Shown here piece after piece: positions 40,209 to 50,693 of a stretch of DNA of 64,000 bases (the first letter of the stretch is position 1; each line of letters opens with the position of its first letter). The position numbers and the translations under genes were made by a program. Under the pieces are notes generated by a model. That model worked only from the letters and a program-made list of their open reading frames with translations. It was not told where the DNA came from and ran no database searches. Source of the DNA: an uncultured Clostridia bacterium (GTDB lineage Bacteria > Bacillota > Clostridia > Oscillospirales > QAKW01); assembly GCA_944385895.1 (NCBI GenBank), contig CALWYZ010000007.1, positions 33,489 through 97,488 of the forward strand, given 5' to 3'.

Positions 40209-40237
40209 TTGACAATTTTGCAATGATATGCTATACT
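40209..40237 (+). promoter_or_regulatory. sigma-A promoter of tRNA-fMet
   Basis: TTGACA-N17-TATACT with an extended -10 TG. Confidence 0.85.
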
Positions 40238-40248
40238 AACATATACAT

Positions 40249-40324
<76 letters not shown>

Positions 40325-40354
40325 ACATTGCGAACCGAAAAAGATATTGGTTCG

Positions 40355-40390
40355 AAAAACCCAGAAACCACAACGGTTTCTGGGTTTTTT
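40355..40390 (+). terminator. terminator after tRNA-fMet
   Basis: AAAAACCCAGAAACC-ACAAC-GGTTTCTGGGTTTTTT. Confidence 0.8.
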
Positions 40391-40518
40391 ATGTCATTTT
40401 TCAAGGTGGAGTTCAAAAGATATCATTTCCCCAAAACGACCTTTGGGGAGGACTTGAACTAAATACCTAGGCTTTTAGGGGCAGATTTTGCGATTATTTT
40501 CGCAGCGTCTGCCTCTTT

Positions 40519-41277
40519 TTATTTGTAATTATAAACGTAATCCGAAGGAGAAATGCCTACCTGTTTTTTGAACTCGGTAGAAAAATATTTGTAATCTGTG
40601 TAGCCCGACATTAAAGCGATTTCTTTAAGAGAATAATATCCTGTAGAAATCAATTCTTTCGCACATTGAATACGAAGGTGTATGATATATTTCTGTGGAG
40701 AAATACCATAGTCTTCTTTAAACAGCTTTCTGAAATACACCTCACTCATGAAAGACTGCTCGGCAATTGCCTTTATAGATAAATCACAATCGTTGTAATG
40801 TTTTAATAGATAATCTACGGAATTTTTAATCTTTGAGTTTATGGGTTTTGGCTTATAGTTTTCGGAATAGCACATGGCTAAGATCTCATTGAAAATTGCC
40901 GAACATTTATATTTGTATCCGACCTCTTTATGATTCCAACACTCTAAAATACTTGTAAAAAGGCTTTGGAAAGTTTCGGGATATTTAGGTTTGAAAAATT
41001 CAATATCCCTTGCATTACAATTGATAAATTCGAAGTGTATCACGATCAACTCGTCAATTTTAGAAACACGACTGTAATCAAGATTTGATGGTACAAACGA
41101 TACATAACTATCGCCCATTTGAAATACGCCGGTTCTGCTTTTTAAAACCGTATCGGCTTTCAATCTAAAAGACAGAGCATCGAAATTACGTTTGCTGTTA
41201 TGTATATTAACATTTTTTTGTTTAAGTTCTAAAACATCCAATAGATTAAAAGAAATCGTATCATTATCAAAAAACAA
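40519..41277 (-). CDS. AraC-family regulator
   Basis: SEVYFRKLFK..YGISP..Y...LRI..AKEL and GY.D..YFS..FKK..G.SP. Confidence 0.92.
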   Translation of the reverse strand: MFFDNDTISFNLLDVLELKQKNVNIHNSKRNFDALSFRLKADTVLKSRTGVFQMGDSYVSFVPSNLDYSRVSKIDELIVIHFEFINCNARDIEFFKPKYPETFQSLFTSILECWNHKEVGYKYKCSAIFNEILAMCYSENYKPKPINSKIKNSVDYLLKHYNDCDLSIKAIAEQSFMSEVYFRKLFKEDYGISPQKYIIHLRIQCAKELISTGYYSLKEIALMSGYTDYKYFSTEFKKQVGISPSDYVYNYK

Positions 41278-41403
41278 AACAAACCACCTAACTTTCTGCT
41301 TTATTATAGATATTTAGTTTTGAAAAATCAACCTATTATATCGAATTTCGGGTTTCATTTGTAGATTTTTTCGATTAAGATATAGAATATAGGAGGTTTC
41401 GTT

Positions 41404-42753
41404 ATGAATGACAGAAAAAAGATTTTAGATTTGTTTGAGCAACAAAAAGAATATACCGACAAAAGAGTTTCAGAGGACATAGAAAAATACAGAAAAGGTA
41501 ACGCTGAAATTATTGTCACCGATAAAAGAGGAAAACCTATACACAATGTGGAAATCAAAGCAAAACAAAAATCTCACGAATTCCGTTTCGGTGCAAATTT
41601 GTTTATGCTCGATGAATTTGAAACAGAAGAAAAAAACGAAAAATACAAAAAGCATTTTGCTGATGTATTTAATATGGCAACGTTGCCTTTTTATTGGGAT
41701 GCGACCGAGCCTGAAAAAGAGAAAACAAGATATGATAAAGACAGTAAAAAGCTTTATCGCAGACCCCCGATTGATTTGTGTATAGAGTTTTGCGAAAAAT
41801 ACGGCATAGAACCTCGTGAACACGCTTTGGCTTATGACCGTTTCTTCCCCAAATGGCTTTATGAAGCAAACGTTGCGCAGGTAAAAGAAGCGCTCGAAAA
41901 ACGTTATAAAGAAATTTCCGAAAGATATGCAGATAAAATACACACCATCGAAGTTACCAACGAAATGGAATGGGTAAAGGGAAAAACATCGTTTTATGAT
42001 GAACCTGATTTTGTGAAATGGTGTTTTAAATCAGCTGAAGAATATTTCCCTAATAATCAGCTTGTTATAAATGAGCATACCGGTCTTTGTTGGGCTGACA
42101 GATGCCGCGCTACCGATAAGTACTATTCCTACATAGAGGCTAATATGCTTAAAGGCGCCAGAATTGATGCCATTGGTATGCAATACCATTTATTCAACAG
42201 GCGAGAAAATGAATATGATGCAACAAGGCTTACACTAAATCCCGAAAGTCTTTACAAGCATATGGATTTGTATTCTAATTTTGGTAAGCCTCTGCAAATC
42301 ACCGAGGTAACGGTGCCCGCATATTCGTGGGCGTCAGAGGATGAGGAAATACAGGCGGAAATTATTGAAAAACTGTATTCTATCTGGTTCTCACATCCCA
42401 ATGTTGAGCAGATCATTTATTGGAATCTGGTTGATGGCTACGCCCATGTATGGGATCCCGATCCCGAAAAGATCAGGGCATCTCAAGGCAATATGTCGCT
42501 GGGAGAGAACTACTATTACGGCGGACTGCTTCGCTTTGATTTATCTCCTAAGCCTGCGTATTACGCTATTAAAAATCTTATTCAAAACGTGTGGCACACT
42601 GAAGAGACTCTTGTTACCAGTGAAAAGGGCACATGCTCTTTCAGAGGGTTTTACGGTGAATATGAACTGGAATTTGATGAGGACGGCAAGACAATGAAAA
42701 AGACTGTTTTTCTTTCTTCTAAGGATGACAACGAAATAAAAGTGGTATTGTAA
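41404..42753 (+). CDS. GH10-like glycoside hydrolase (no signal peptide)
   Basis: EVTNE (acid/base), IDAIGMQYH, LQITEV (nucleophile) and a C-terminal FRGFYGEY. Confidence 0.8.
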   Translation: MNDRKKILDLFEQQKEYTDKRVSEDIEKYRKGNAEIIVTDKRGKPIHNVEIKAKQKSHEFRFGANLFMLDEFETEEKNEKYKKHFADVFNMATLPFYWDATEPEKEKTRYDKDSKKLYRRPPIDLCIEFCEKYGIEPREHALAYDRFFPKWLYEANVAQVKEALEKRYKEISERYADKIHTIEVTNEMEWVKGKTSFYDEPDFVKWCFKSAEEYFPNNQLVINEHTGLCWADRCRATDKYYSYIEANMLKGARIDAIGMQYHLFNRRENEYDATRLTLNPESLYKHMDLYSNFGKPLQITEVTVPAYSWASEDEEIQAEIIEKLYSIWFSHPNVEQIIYWNLVDGYAHVWDPDPEKIRASQGNMSLGENYYYGGLLRFDLSPKPAYYAIKNLIQNVWHTEETLVTSEKGTCSFRGFYGEYELEFDEDGKTMKKTVFLSSKDDNEIKVVL

Positions 42754-43622
42754 TGGGTGGAAAAATACTTATCATACTTGCCTGTGTTCCGCTATATGTA
42801 ATCAATTCCTTTTGTGATAAGGTTTTATCCACAAAAAACGGAAATTCATTTAATTACATATACAACTGTTTAAAATTTTGTATTTGCAGCCTGTGTATGA
42901 TTCCCCTGCTTTTTGTGAAGGTTTCATCACTTTTTGCTGCGGGTAGTATAGTCTGCGGAGTTTCTTGCGGGTTAATGTATGCAGTCAGTAAAACTGTTAT
43001 GCTTAAAGGATACGAAGCCACTTCGGTAGCGTTTATGACCTTGTGTCATTCCGCGGGAATGATTGTGCCTTGCATTATTGGGCATTTTCTTTGGTCAGAA
43101 AAGCTGAGCGTTTTATCAATAATGGGCATTCTAGTTACAATTTTTGCAATTACACTGCTCAAAGACAACCGGGCTGCCACCACAAAGTTTAAAGCAAAAG
43201 GAATTATTTTCGGACTAATAATTTTCCTTACCAGTGGCGGAGTAATGATTTCGCAAAAAGCAATGGGCGTATATTTTGAAACAGAGGGAGTTTCTGCATA
43301 TACATTATACTCTTTTATTGTTCCGGCACTTATATTATCCTTGCTTTCAAAACCAAAGACCATAAAAAATATAAATCTAAAAGATAAAAAAACAATTGGA
43401 TTTTGCGCGCTTGGAAGTGCAATCTCGCTATCTGTTATCGGTTTTGTTATGACGGGGCTGGCGTCCAGTGTTCCGTCGGTGATCCTGTTCCCGCTGTTCA
43501 ACGGGCTTGGCATTATAGCCGTATGTATCGGCTCGGTTTTTGCTTTTAAGGAAAAACTCAGCATCAAAAATGTTGTTGGCTTGCTATTAGGCGTTTGCGG
43601 GCTGTGTTTAGTGAATTTATAA
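42753..43622 (+). CDS. DMT/EamA-family membrane transporter
   Basis: About 10 TMs in two repeats, ending WSEKLS and FKEKLS. Confidence 0.75.
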   Translation: MGGKILIILACVPLYVINSFCDKVLSTKNGNSFNYIYNCLKFCICSLCMIPLLFVKVSSLFAAGSIVCGVSCGLMYAVSKTVMLKGYEATSVAFMTLCHSAGMIVPCIIGHFLWSEKLSVLSIMGILVTIFAITLLKDNRAATTKFKAKGIIFGLIIFLTSGGVMISQKAMGVYFETEGVSAYTLYSFIVPALILSLLSKPKTIKNINLKDKKTIGFCALGSAISLSVIGFVMTGLASSVPSVILFPLFNGLGIIAVCIGSVFAFKEKLSIKNVVGLLLGVCGLCLVNL

Positions 43623-43688
43623 TGTCATCTGTATGGACGCATAAGTCAACAAGCAGCACAGATATCTTTTTCGGTGCGACTTGCCAAG

Positions 43689-43714
43689 AAAAACCGCCGT
43701 TTTCGGCGGTTTTT
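43689..43714 (+). terminator. intrinsic terminator
   Basis: AAAAACCGCCG-TTTT-CGGCGGTTTTT. Confidence 0.8.
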
Positions 43715-43879
43715 CTTTTTTTGTTTTTAAATTTATTTGACCACTTTTTTGACCATTTTGTTATTCTATTGTTTTTATAATAGAAAAAGGTATGAGTAAA
43801 AAATAAGATTTCTACTCATACCTTTTTTTCGTATTTACGAATATTATTATTTTTTATTTACTAATTATTTGAAACGATA

Positions 43880-44130
43880 ATTAACTATCATTTCATAATC
43901 ACATTTGTTTAATTCTTTTATTTTATTTGTTAATGTGTTAATGTCATTATTTGAATGTTTTCCAGTTAAAATATAGTCTGTACTAATTTTTATTACTTTG
44001 TTTCCTCGTTCAATATTTAAAATAATTGAATTACATTCATATATTCTGCAATTTTTTCTTGTGTTAAATTTAATTCTTTTCTTCTTTTTGCTATACGAAT
44101 ACCGATATTTTTTAAGTTTTCATTTTTCAT
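43880..44130 (-). pseudogene. degraded XRE-family HTH regulator
   Basis: Minus strand reads MKNENLKNIGIRIAKR, a frameshift, KELNLTQEKIAEYMNV, another disruption, then NIERGNK...STDYILTGK. The 3' end is approximate. Confidence 0.65.
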
Positions 44131-44658
44131 ATTTACCACCCGGCCTGTGGTTTTAGTATATTAACTTTTTGTTTAAACTATAAGCATCTCTGGATTGACT
44201 TTATTAACCTTTGGGGCGATTTTTTTGAGTGGTTATTTGCTGATAAAGAAAAACGGAAAATGTTGAAATATGTTCCTCGCTGTTGCCGATATCGCAACTT
44301 TTAAGCATTTGTCGTGATAGTAATAATAATTGGAAATGTCATCATGGTTGTATGTTTTTAAATTCTGAAAAAAAGCAAAAAAGATATGAGGAAATTTTCT
44401 CTTTTGGCTTATATCTTTTTTGATGCCTCTTTACAGCATATCGCAGTACGGGAATTGTTTCGGGTTCAATATTATTTACTTTCCACCTTATTTTTCTGTA
44501 ATATGTAATAAAAACCGCTGTATTTTAAGACTACGGTACTTTTTTATTAATTGCATTTTATAAACAATGCTTTATAAACAAATTCATTGTGATATACGGC
44601 TGTTGATTTAATGCCGTATTTATGCTATTATGTATAAAAATAAATCCAGGGTGAACTT

Positions 44659-45546
44659 ATGCTTATTAAAATTATTAAGGAATTACGGACGCTGAAAATA
44701 AAGAATTTTCTGCTGTTGACTTTAGCCGGAATAATAAATGCAGTAGGTGTAACTATATTTCTGTCACCGGTAAGTCTGTATGACAGCGGCATATCCGGCA
44801 CTTCGATGCTTTTAAGCCAGCTTACTCCAGACTATATGAGTCTGTCTCTTTTTCTGCTTATACTGAATATCCCGCTTTTTTTGTGCGGATTGAAAAAACA
44901 AGGTATATGCTTTACCATATATGCCGTTTATACGGTTGGTGTATACTCACTTGCTGCATGGCTTATAATTGATGTGCTGCCAGTAGATGTAAGTGTCGCC
45001 TCTCCTCTTGCAGGCTCGGATCTGCTGCTGTGTGCACTTTTCGGCGGATTTATATCGGGTATCGGAAGCGGACTTGCAATAAGATACGGCGGGGCTATGG
45101 ACGGTATAGAGGTAATGGCTGTCATATTTGCAAAACGTCTCGGTATTACGGTGGGTACATTTGTTATGACATATAATGTAATTCTTTATGTGTGCTGCGG
45201 CATAATGCTTAATAGCTGGATACTTCCGCTGTACTCTATCGTAACATACGGAGCAGGTATAAAAACCATAGACTTTATCGTAGAAGGAATAGACCGTTCA
45301 AAAGCAGCGATGATCGTTACAACCAAGCCTAATGAAATATGTTCTGCACTATCTGATCAATTTGAATGCGGAATGACAATAATTGATGCAAAAGGCTTTT
45401 ATTCAAATACAAATAAAAATGTAGTATATATAGTAATAAACAGATTTCAAGTCGGAAAAATGCGCGAGCTTGTTCATAAAGAAGACAAAAACGCATATAT
45501 ATCCATTTTTGATGTAGCTGATGTATTTCATGCAACACAAATGTAA
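44659..45546 (+). CDS. YitT-family membrane protein
   Basis: LYDSGISG, LNIPLF, GGAMDG, and a C-terminal G.T...AKGFYS...D.NA domain. Confidence 0.88.
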   Translation: MLIKIIKELRTLKIKNFLLLTLAGIINAVGVTIFLSPVSLYDSGISGTSMLLSQLTPDYMSLSLFLLILNIPLFLCGLKKQGICFTIYAVYTVGVYSLAAWLIIDVLPVDVSVASPLAGSDLLLCALFGGFISGIGSGLAIRYGGAMDGIEVMAVIFAKRLGITVGTFVMTYNVILYVCCGIMLNSWILPLYSIVTYGAGIKTIDFIVEGIDRSKAAMIVTTKPNEICSALSDQFECGMTIIDAKGFYSNTNKNVVYIVINRFQVGKMRELVHKEDKNAYISIFDVADVFHATQM

Positions 45547-45584
45547 AAAGCTGACGGCAGTTCATTAACTGCCGTCAGCTTTTT
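45545..45584. terminator. bidirectional terminator
   Basis: AAAAAGCTGACGGCAGTT-CATT-AACTGCCGTCAGCTTTTT. Confidence 0.85.
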
Positions 45585-46455
45585 ACATGCCTAATTTTGA
45601 TTTTATTGTAAGACTGTACTCAGTAGGAGACATATGCTCAGATTTCCTAAAACTCCTGCAAAAATAATGTACCGAGTTAAATCCCAAAGAGGCAGCAATC
45701 TGCGTAACATTTTTTTCGCCTAAACGTAAAAGCATTTTAGCTTCACGAATACGCAGCTGATTGACATATTCTATTACTGTTGAACCATATGCCTCTTTAA
45801 ATTTGCTGCATAAAGTGGTTTTATTGGTGTTAAAAATGAAGCATAGCTCATCCAGGGTTATATTTTTACAAAAATTATTTTGAATATAGTCGTGTATCTC
45901 ACGCATTTTCCCACTTTCATCAAAACCCTCTGCTGCAGTCGGAATATCAATTACACTTCTAACAAGACCTATTAAAAATATCTCCAATCTCAGCTTTATC
46001 ATCTGATCGGCTCCGAATGGATAATCACTGCGCTTTTTCATATCCCTAACATTCGGAATGTCATATGGAGGCAGAAAGACAGTTCTTCCTTCTTTAATAA
46101 CCTCTGTTAATGCGCGTATAAGCTGGGACGTCAACATTGTCGGCGTGCATGAAAAGTAATCTAATTCAGCAGATGAACACTCAAAACCTATTATTATAAC
46201 ATTTGGCGGTACCTGTGCATCACAATAAAGAGAATGCTGCTCAAAGCTTTTATGTATAATAAGCTGATTTTTAAAAAGTTTACCCGAATATCCATCGGAA
46301 TTGACATAAATCGATCCGTTATCTACATACACAAGCTCTCTGAATTCATGTTTGTCATTAGCAGTATGATATTGCTCTGTAAATTCAAAATAATGAATAT
46401 TGGCAAGCCGCGTAACATTAATAACACTTTCAAATTCTTTTAATTTAAATTCCAT
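45583..46455 (-). CDS. AraC-family regulator with cupin sensor
   Basis: H.F.ELVYVD.G cupin and a C-terminal AraC HTH (LGFNSVHYFCRSFRK). Confidence 0.9.
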   Translation of the reverse strand: MEFKLKEFESVINVTRLANIHYFEFTEQYHTANDKHEFRELVYVDNGSIYVNSDGYSGKLFKNQLIIHKSFEQHSLYCDAQVPPNVIIIGFECSSAELDYFSCTPTMLTSQLIRALTEVIKEGRTVFLPPYDIPNVRDMKKRSDYPFGADQMIKLRLEIFLIGLVRSVIDIPTAAEGFDESGKMREIHDYIQNNFCKNITLDELCFIFNTNKTTLCSKFKEAYGSTVIEYVNQLRIREAKMLLRLGEKNVTQIAASLGFNSVHYFCRSFRKSEHMSPTEYSLTIKSKLGM

Positions 46456-46518
46456 ATCCGTACCACAATATAGCTATTATTAATATTAAATTTCTATAAG
46501 TTATTCATAAATTAATAA

Positions 46519-47880
46519 TTATTTTCCTACACAAAATTTTGAAAATATCTCATCAATTATTTTATCAGACACACTTGCACCTGTTATCATTCCTATTTGA
46601 CTGGCAGCTTCAGTTATGTCTACGCTTGCAACATCAGGTGTAAAACCGCTTTCCAATGTATTGATTGCAGCTTGAACATATTCACTTGCCTTTACTGCTC
46701 TTTCATAATGACGTACGTTTGTAATTACTGTCCCGCTCTCTATTGCCACCTTATCTGACAAAAACAGTTTGTTTATAATTTCTGATAGTTTTTCCAAGCC
46801 CTGTTTTTGTTCAGCAGATATTTCTACTATATGTATAAAATTATCGCAAATATACTTTTTGTCTATAGTTTGAGTCAAATCACATTTATTTAAGACTGCA
46901 ACAGCAGTCTTACCCTTACAAAGTTGGATTATTTTTTTATCATCATCTGACAAAGAACGTGAGGCATCAAACACGGCAAATACAAGGTCGGCATTTTTTA
47001 AAGTTCTGCACGTTATTTCAATACCCCGCTTTTCTATTTCACCTGCCATTTTACGAATACCTGCCGTATCACAAAGATTAAGAGTAACTCCGCCCATTGT
47101 CACTCTTTCTGATATCATGTCTCGAGTCGTACCCTCTGTTTTTGATACAATTGAACGTTCATAGCCGAGAATTGCATTGAGCAATGTACTTTTTCCCACA
47201 TTCGGAGCACCGACTATTGCGGTATCTGCTCCATCATGAATAACAGAGCCTATCTCAAAACTTTCGGCAAGACTACGCAAACTTTTCAAGATTTTATTCA
47301 GGCTATCAATCATCAAGCAGGGATCAACATCAACCAACCCTTCGTCAGGAAAATCAATATATGCAAGAATATTTGTATTAATATCTATAAGTCTATTGAA
47401 TATTTCGTTGAATTCATCAGAAAGTCCACCTGACATATGGCTGAGAGCCAAAGCCGCATCAGTCTGATTATAAGCATCTATCAAATCACCTACAGCTTCT
47501 GCCTGTATAAGATCGAGTTTACCGTTTAAAAATGCACGTTTGGTAAACTCTCCTGCCTGAGCAGATCTTGCACCGTTTTTAATCAGAAGCTTCATTATAC
47601 GGTTAAGAATCATTACAGAACCGTGACAGTTTATCTCTACCATATCTTCACCCGTATATGATGCAGGCGAACGGAAAGAAACACACATGACCTGGTCAAT
47701 GTCAGCATTACCGTCATGCACATATCCCAAGCGCATTTGTGCACTCTTTGCAGATATAATATTCCCGTTTTTAAGTCTTATTATCTTATTGCAAATTTCA
47801 AACGCTCTCTCTCCGCTTACGCGGATAATTCCTATTGCCGCACAAGCTCTTGCTGTTGCAATTGCACAGATAGTATCCAT
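46519..47880 (-). CDS. mnmE: tRNA modification GTPase MnmE
   Basis: SYTGEDMVEINCHG, GAPNVGKS, GTTRD, DTAG, NKCD and C-terminal FCVGK. Confidence 0.97.
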   Translation of the reverse strand: MDTICAIATARACAAIGIIRVSGERAFEICNKIIRLKNGNIISAKSAQMRLGYVHDGNADIDQVMCVSFRSPASYTGEDMVEINCHGSVMILNRIMKLLIKNGARSAQAGEFTKRAFLNGKLDLIQAEAVGDLIDAYNQTDAALALSHMSGGLSDEFNEIFNRLIDINTNILAYIDFPDEGLVDVDPCLMIDSLNKILKSLRSLAESFEIGSVIHDGADTAIVGAPNVGKSTLLNAILGYERSIVSKTEGTTRDMISERVTMGGVTLNLCDTAGIRKMAGEIEKRGIEITCRTLKNADLVFAVFDASRSLSDDDKKIIQLCKGKTAVAVLNKCDLTQTIDKKYICDNFIHIVEISAEQKQGLEKLSEIINKLFLSDKVAIESGTVITNVRHYERAVKASEYVQAAINTLESGFTPDVASVDITEAASQIGMITGASVSDKIIDEIFSKFCVGK

Positions 47881-47936
47881 CAGTGTCTCCTGTTCTAAAA
47901 AATTAGCGCCGCACAGTCAGGTGCGGCGCTTTTTAA

Positions 47937-48782
47937 TCACTTTACATATGCAACGATCACCTTACGGCGCGGTTCGGTACCTATTGAATAAGTAGTAATA
48001 TGCTCACGCCCCGACAAAGCTGCATGTATTATTCTTCGCTCATATGAACCCATGGGTTCAAGAGACTGATTCTTTTTGTGCTTAATCGCTTTATCAGCTG
48101 TCTTGTTAGCAAGAGCCTCAAGCGTAGCTATTCTTTTAGCACGATAGTTTTCGCTGTCAAGTATAACTCGAATTTTTTTATCCTTGCCATGATTGACAGC
48201 AAGATTTGTTATATACTGAGCTGCATCAAGAGCTTCGCCGCGTCTGCCGATAAGCACGCCCATTTTAGAACCGTCTATCTGAGTAAAATAGCTACCGTTC
48301 TCATCAAAAGATATCTTTACACTTCCGTTTTCTATCTCCAGCTTTTCCAGAAGACCCAGTATAAATTCAGTGATTACCGGCACATTTTCGTCATCGTCCG
48401 GTACGGGAGTAAGCTTACGCTCTATCATAACAGGCTCAGACTTGACCGATTCTTTGTTTTTTTCAGCTTGAGGCTTTTGCTTTTTTGATATTTTTTCAGG
48501 TTCAAAGCCATTAGGAAGTTGTACCGAATCAGACTTTTGAGCGGGCTTGTCTTGCTGCTCAGACTCCGGTTTTACATTATCTGAATCTTCATCAAAAGTC
48601 TCAACAATGATTTTAATTTTTGCAAGAGTGGCACCTATTCCGAAAATGCCTTTTGACGCAGTCTGAACCACTTCATAGGACAGCATATCCTTGTCCTGTT
48701 CAAGCTGTGCAGCGGCAGCATCAAGCGCCGCATCTATATTTTTGCCTTCAAAAAAATATTCCTTGACTGCCATTTTAATCAA
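47937..48782 (-). CDS. jag: Jag/EloR (KhpB) RNA-binding protein
   Basis: Jag_N (KGIFGIG), KH (LIGRRGEALDA) and R3H (ERRIIH). Confidence 0.93.
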   Translation of the reverse strand: MIKMAVKEYFFEGKNIDAALDAAAAQLEQDKDMLSYEVVQTASKGIFGIGATLAKIKIIVETFDEDSDNVKPESEQQDKPAQKSDSVQLPNGFEPEKISKKQKPQAEKNKESVKSEPVMIERKLTPVPDDDENVPVITEFILGLLEKLEIENGSVKISFDENGSYFTQIDGSKMGVLIGRRGEALDAAQYITNLAVNHGKDKKIRVILDSENYRAKRIATLEALANKTADKAIKHKKNQSLEPMGSYERRIIHAALSGREHITTYSIGTEPRRKVIVAYVK

Positions 48783-49795
48783 TTCTCCTGTTTTTCTTCA
48801 ATATCAATAACGTCGGCTTTTTGCTGCACGGTATTCTGAGCGTTTAAAGCGCGTTTTTTCTTACTATTCTTATTATTTGACATAGCCCTGCGCTCTGCTG
48901 CAAGCCGGCGCCGTTCTTTTTCCGACTCTTTTTCGCGTTTCATTTTTTCTTCAACTTCTTTTAATACCTTTTTAGGATCATACAGTCTGTTCAAAAGGAA
49001 TGTCTGGCCAATAGCTACAATGTTAGACGCTATCCAGTAAAGACCGAGCGCGGAAGTATAGGTATAAGAAATCCATACCGATATAAGCGGCATGAAAATA
49101 TTCATGGTTTTCATTGAACTTGCAGACTTAGGATCAGCCGTCATTGTGGGGCTGAGTTTCTGAGAAACAAACCCCGAAAGCCATGCCGTGGCACCTGAAA
49201 GTATTGGTATCAAAATCAACCAGAAATTACCGTCTGTTAAAAACTCACTTGGTTTCAGCGCAAGATCAAATACACCTAAAAACTTTGAATTTATATCGAT
49301 TGCACCGTCTGAAGAAAGATGAGTAAAAAGCTGAAGCTCGTAGCGATTGAAGTTGTCAGCGTTAACGCCTTTAAATGCATCCGGAAATTTTTCAATATAC
49401 GGCTGCATTTTTGTCCATATTTCTGTCAGGCTGAAACCTGCAAGATAGGTCAGAGGACGGCGCACGATAGTATAAATAAGCATAATAATAGGTAGCTGTA
49501 TAAACGCAGGCAGGCAGCTGGACATAGGGCTATAACCCTCACGCTGATATAAATTCATCAGCTCCTCCTGATAGCGCTGCTTATTACCCCCGTATTTTTT
49601 CATTAGTTCATCCTGATACGGCTTGAGACGCACCATATTAAGCTGTGTTTTCTGCTGCTTTATAGAGAGAGGTATCAACAATATTCTTGTTATTATAGCA
49701 TAAAGAAAGAGCGCAACGCCATAGCTGTTAAACAAGCTGTAACAAAAGCGCATAATGTACCCGAACGGGATAACAAGATAATTCCAAAGTGACAT
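48779..49795 (-). CDS. yidC: membrane protein insertase YidC
   Basis: PLSIKQQK, SCLP..IQLPI and LGLYWIASN. Confidence 0.92.
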   Translation of the reverse strand: MSLWNYLVIPFGYIMRFCYSLFNSYGVALFLYAIITRILLIPLSIKQQKTQLNMVRLKPYQDELMKKYGGNKQRYQEELMNLYQREGYSPMSSCLPAFIQLPIIMLIYTIVRRPLTYLAGFSLTEIWTKMQPYIEKFPDAFKGVNADNFNRYELQLFTHLSSDGAIDINSKFLGVFDLALKPSEFLTDGNFWLILIPILSGATAWLSGFVSQKLSPTMTADPKSASSMKTMNIFMPLISVWISYTYTSALGLYWIASNIVAIGQTFLLNRLYDPKKVLKEVEEKMKREKESEKERRRLAAERRAMSNNKNSKKKRALNAQNTVQQKADVIDIEEKQEN

Positions 49796-50059
49796 TTATT
49801 TTCTCCTTGATTTATTTTTTACAAACAGATGCTCAGGGACATAGTCAAACCCGCCCTTTGACCACGGATTACATCTAAGCAGCCGCCAAAGTGCAAGAGC
49901 ACCTCCCACAACTATACCATACCGTTCAATAGCAGTCACTGCATATTGTGAACAACTAGGAACATATTTACATCTTGCAGGAGTATGAGGTGAAATATAC
50001 TTTTGATATAAACGAATAGGGAAGACAAATATACTGCGCAAAAATCTAATTACTTTCAA
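49796..50059 (-). CDS. yidD: membrane protein insertion efficiency factor
   Basis: YQKYISP...[10 protein letters not shown] and [13 protein letters not shown]. Confidence 0.95.
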   Translation of the reverse strand: MKVIRFLRSIFVFPIRLYQKYISPHTPARCKYVPSCSQYAVTAIERYGIVVGGALALWRLLRCNPWSKGGFDYVPEHLFVKNKSRRK

Positions 50060-50366
50060 ATTTTTTTCTTAGCATCCGTTCAATATCGGTGCTTTTCAAT
50101 CCTTTCATGGCACTTCTTACTACTATTATTATATCGCAATCTTGCGGTAATATATCGCTGCAGGCATATGCAGCTGCACGAACGATCCTGCGCAACCGAT
50201 TACGGCAAGGTGCATTCCCAATTTTTTTTGAGACCGTAATTCCCAAACGTTGTTTTCCGATAATGTTTTTTTTCCAATAAATGCTCATGACCGGAGTCAC
50301 CATATTTTTTCCCTTATGGTATGCCCGACGGAAGCTTACATTTTCCTTAACGCTTTCAATTTTCAT
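50046..50366 (-). CDS. rnpA: ribonuclease P protein component
   Basis: [19 protein letters not shown]. Confidence 0.93.
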   Translation of the reverse strand: MKIESVKENVSFRRAYHKGKNMVTPVMSIYWKKNIIGKQRLGITVSKKIGNAPCRNRLRRIVRAAAYACSDILPQDCDIIIVVRSAMKGLKSTDIERMLRKKFESN

Positions 50367-50438
50367 AATTCTATTTGATTTAAAATCCCCATATGAGCGG
50401 TTTTAAATAAAAAGAGGCTCTGACGGAGCCCCCTGTTA

Positions 50439-50573
50439 TTAATGAGACAATCTTACTCTGCCCTTTGCACGTCTTCTTGCCAGAACCTTTCTGCCGTTAG
50501 AAGTTCTCATTCTTTTTCTGAAGCCGTGAACTTTGCTTCTCTGTCTTTTTTTAGGCTGATATGTGCGAACCAC
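50439..50573 (-). CDS. rpmH: 50S ribosomal protein L34 (absent from the ORF track)
   Basis: GTG start after AGGAGG; translates as [44 protein letters not shown]. Confidence 0.97.
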   Translation of the reverse strand: MVRTYQPKKRQRSKVHGFRKRMRTSNGRKVLARRRAKGRVRLSH

Positions 50574-50655
50574 TGCAATCCCTCCTGACTTTATAGTTGA
50601 GGGTCATTTTCCTTTATTTTAAGGTAATTCCCCATTATTAACATTAGCAGTAAGC

Positions 50656-50684
50656 ATTATACAAAATATAGACGCATTTGTCAA
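50656..50684 (-). promoter_or_regulatory. sigma-A promoter of the rpmH operon
   Basis: Perfect TTGACA-N17-TATAAT on the minus strand. Confidence 0.85.
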
Positions 50685-50693
50685 CACAATTTT

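Noticed and set aside
42825-42833. DnaA box TTATCCACA suggesting oriC
   Set aside because: A single copy inside a CDS, with no cluster and no dnaA nearby.
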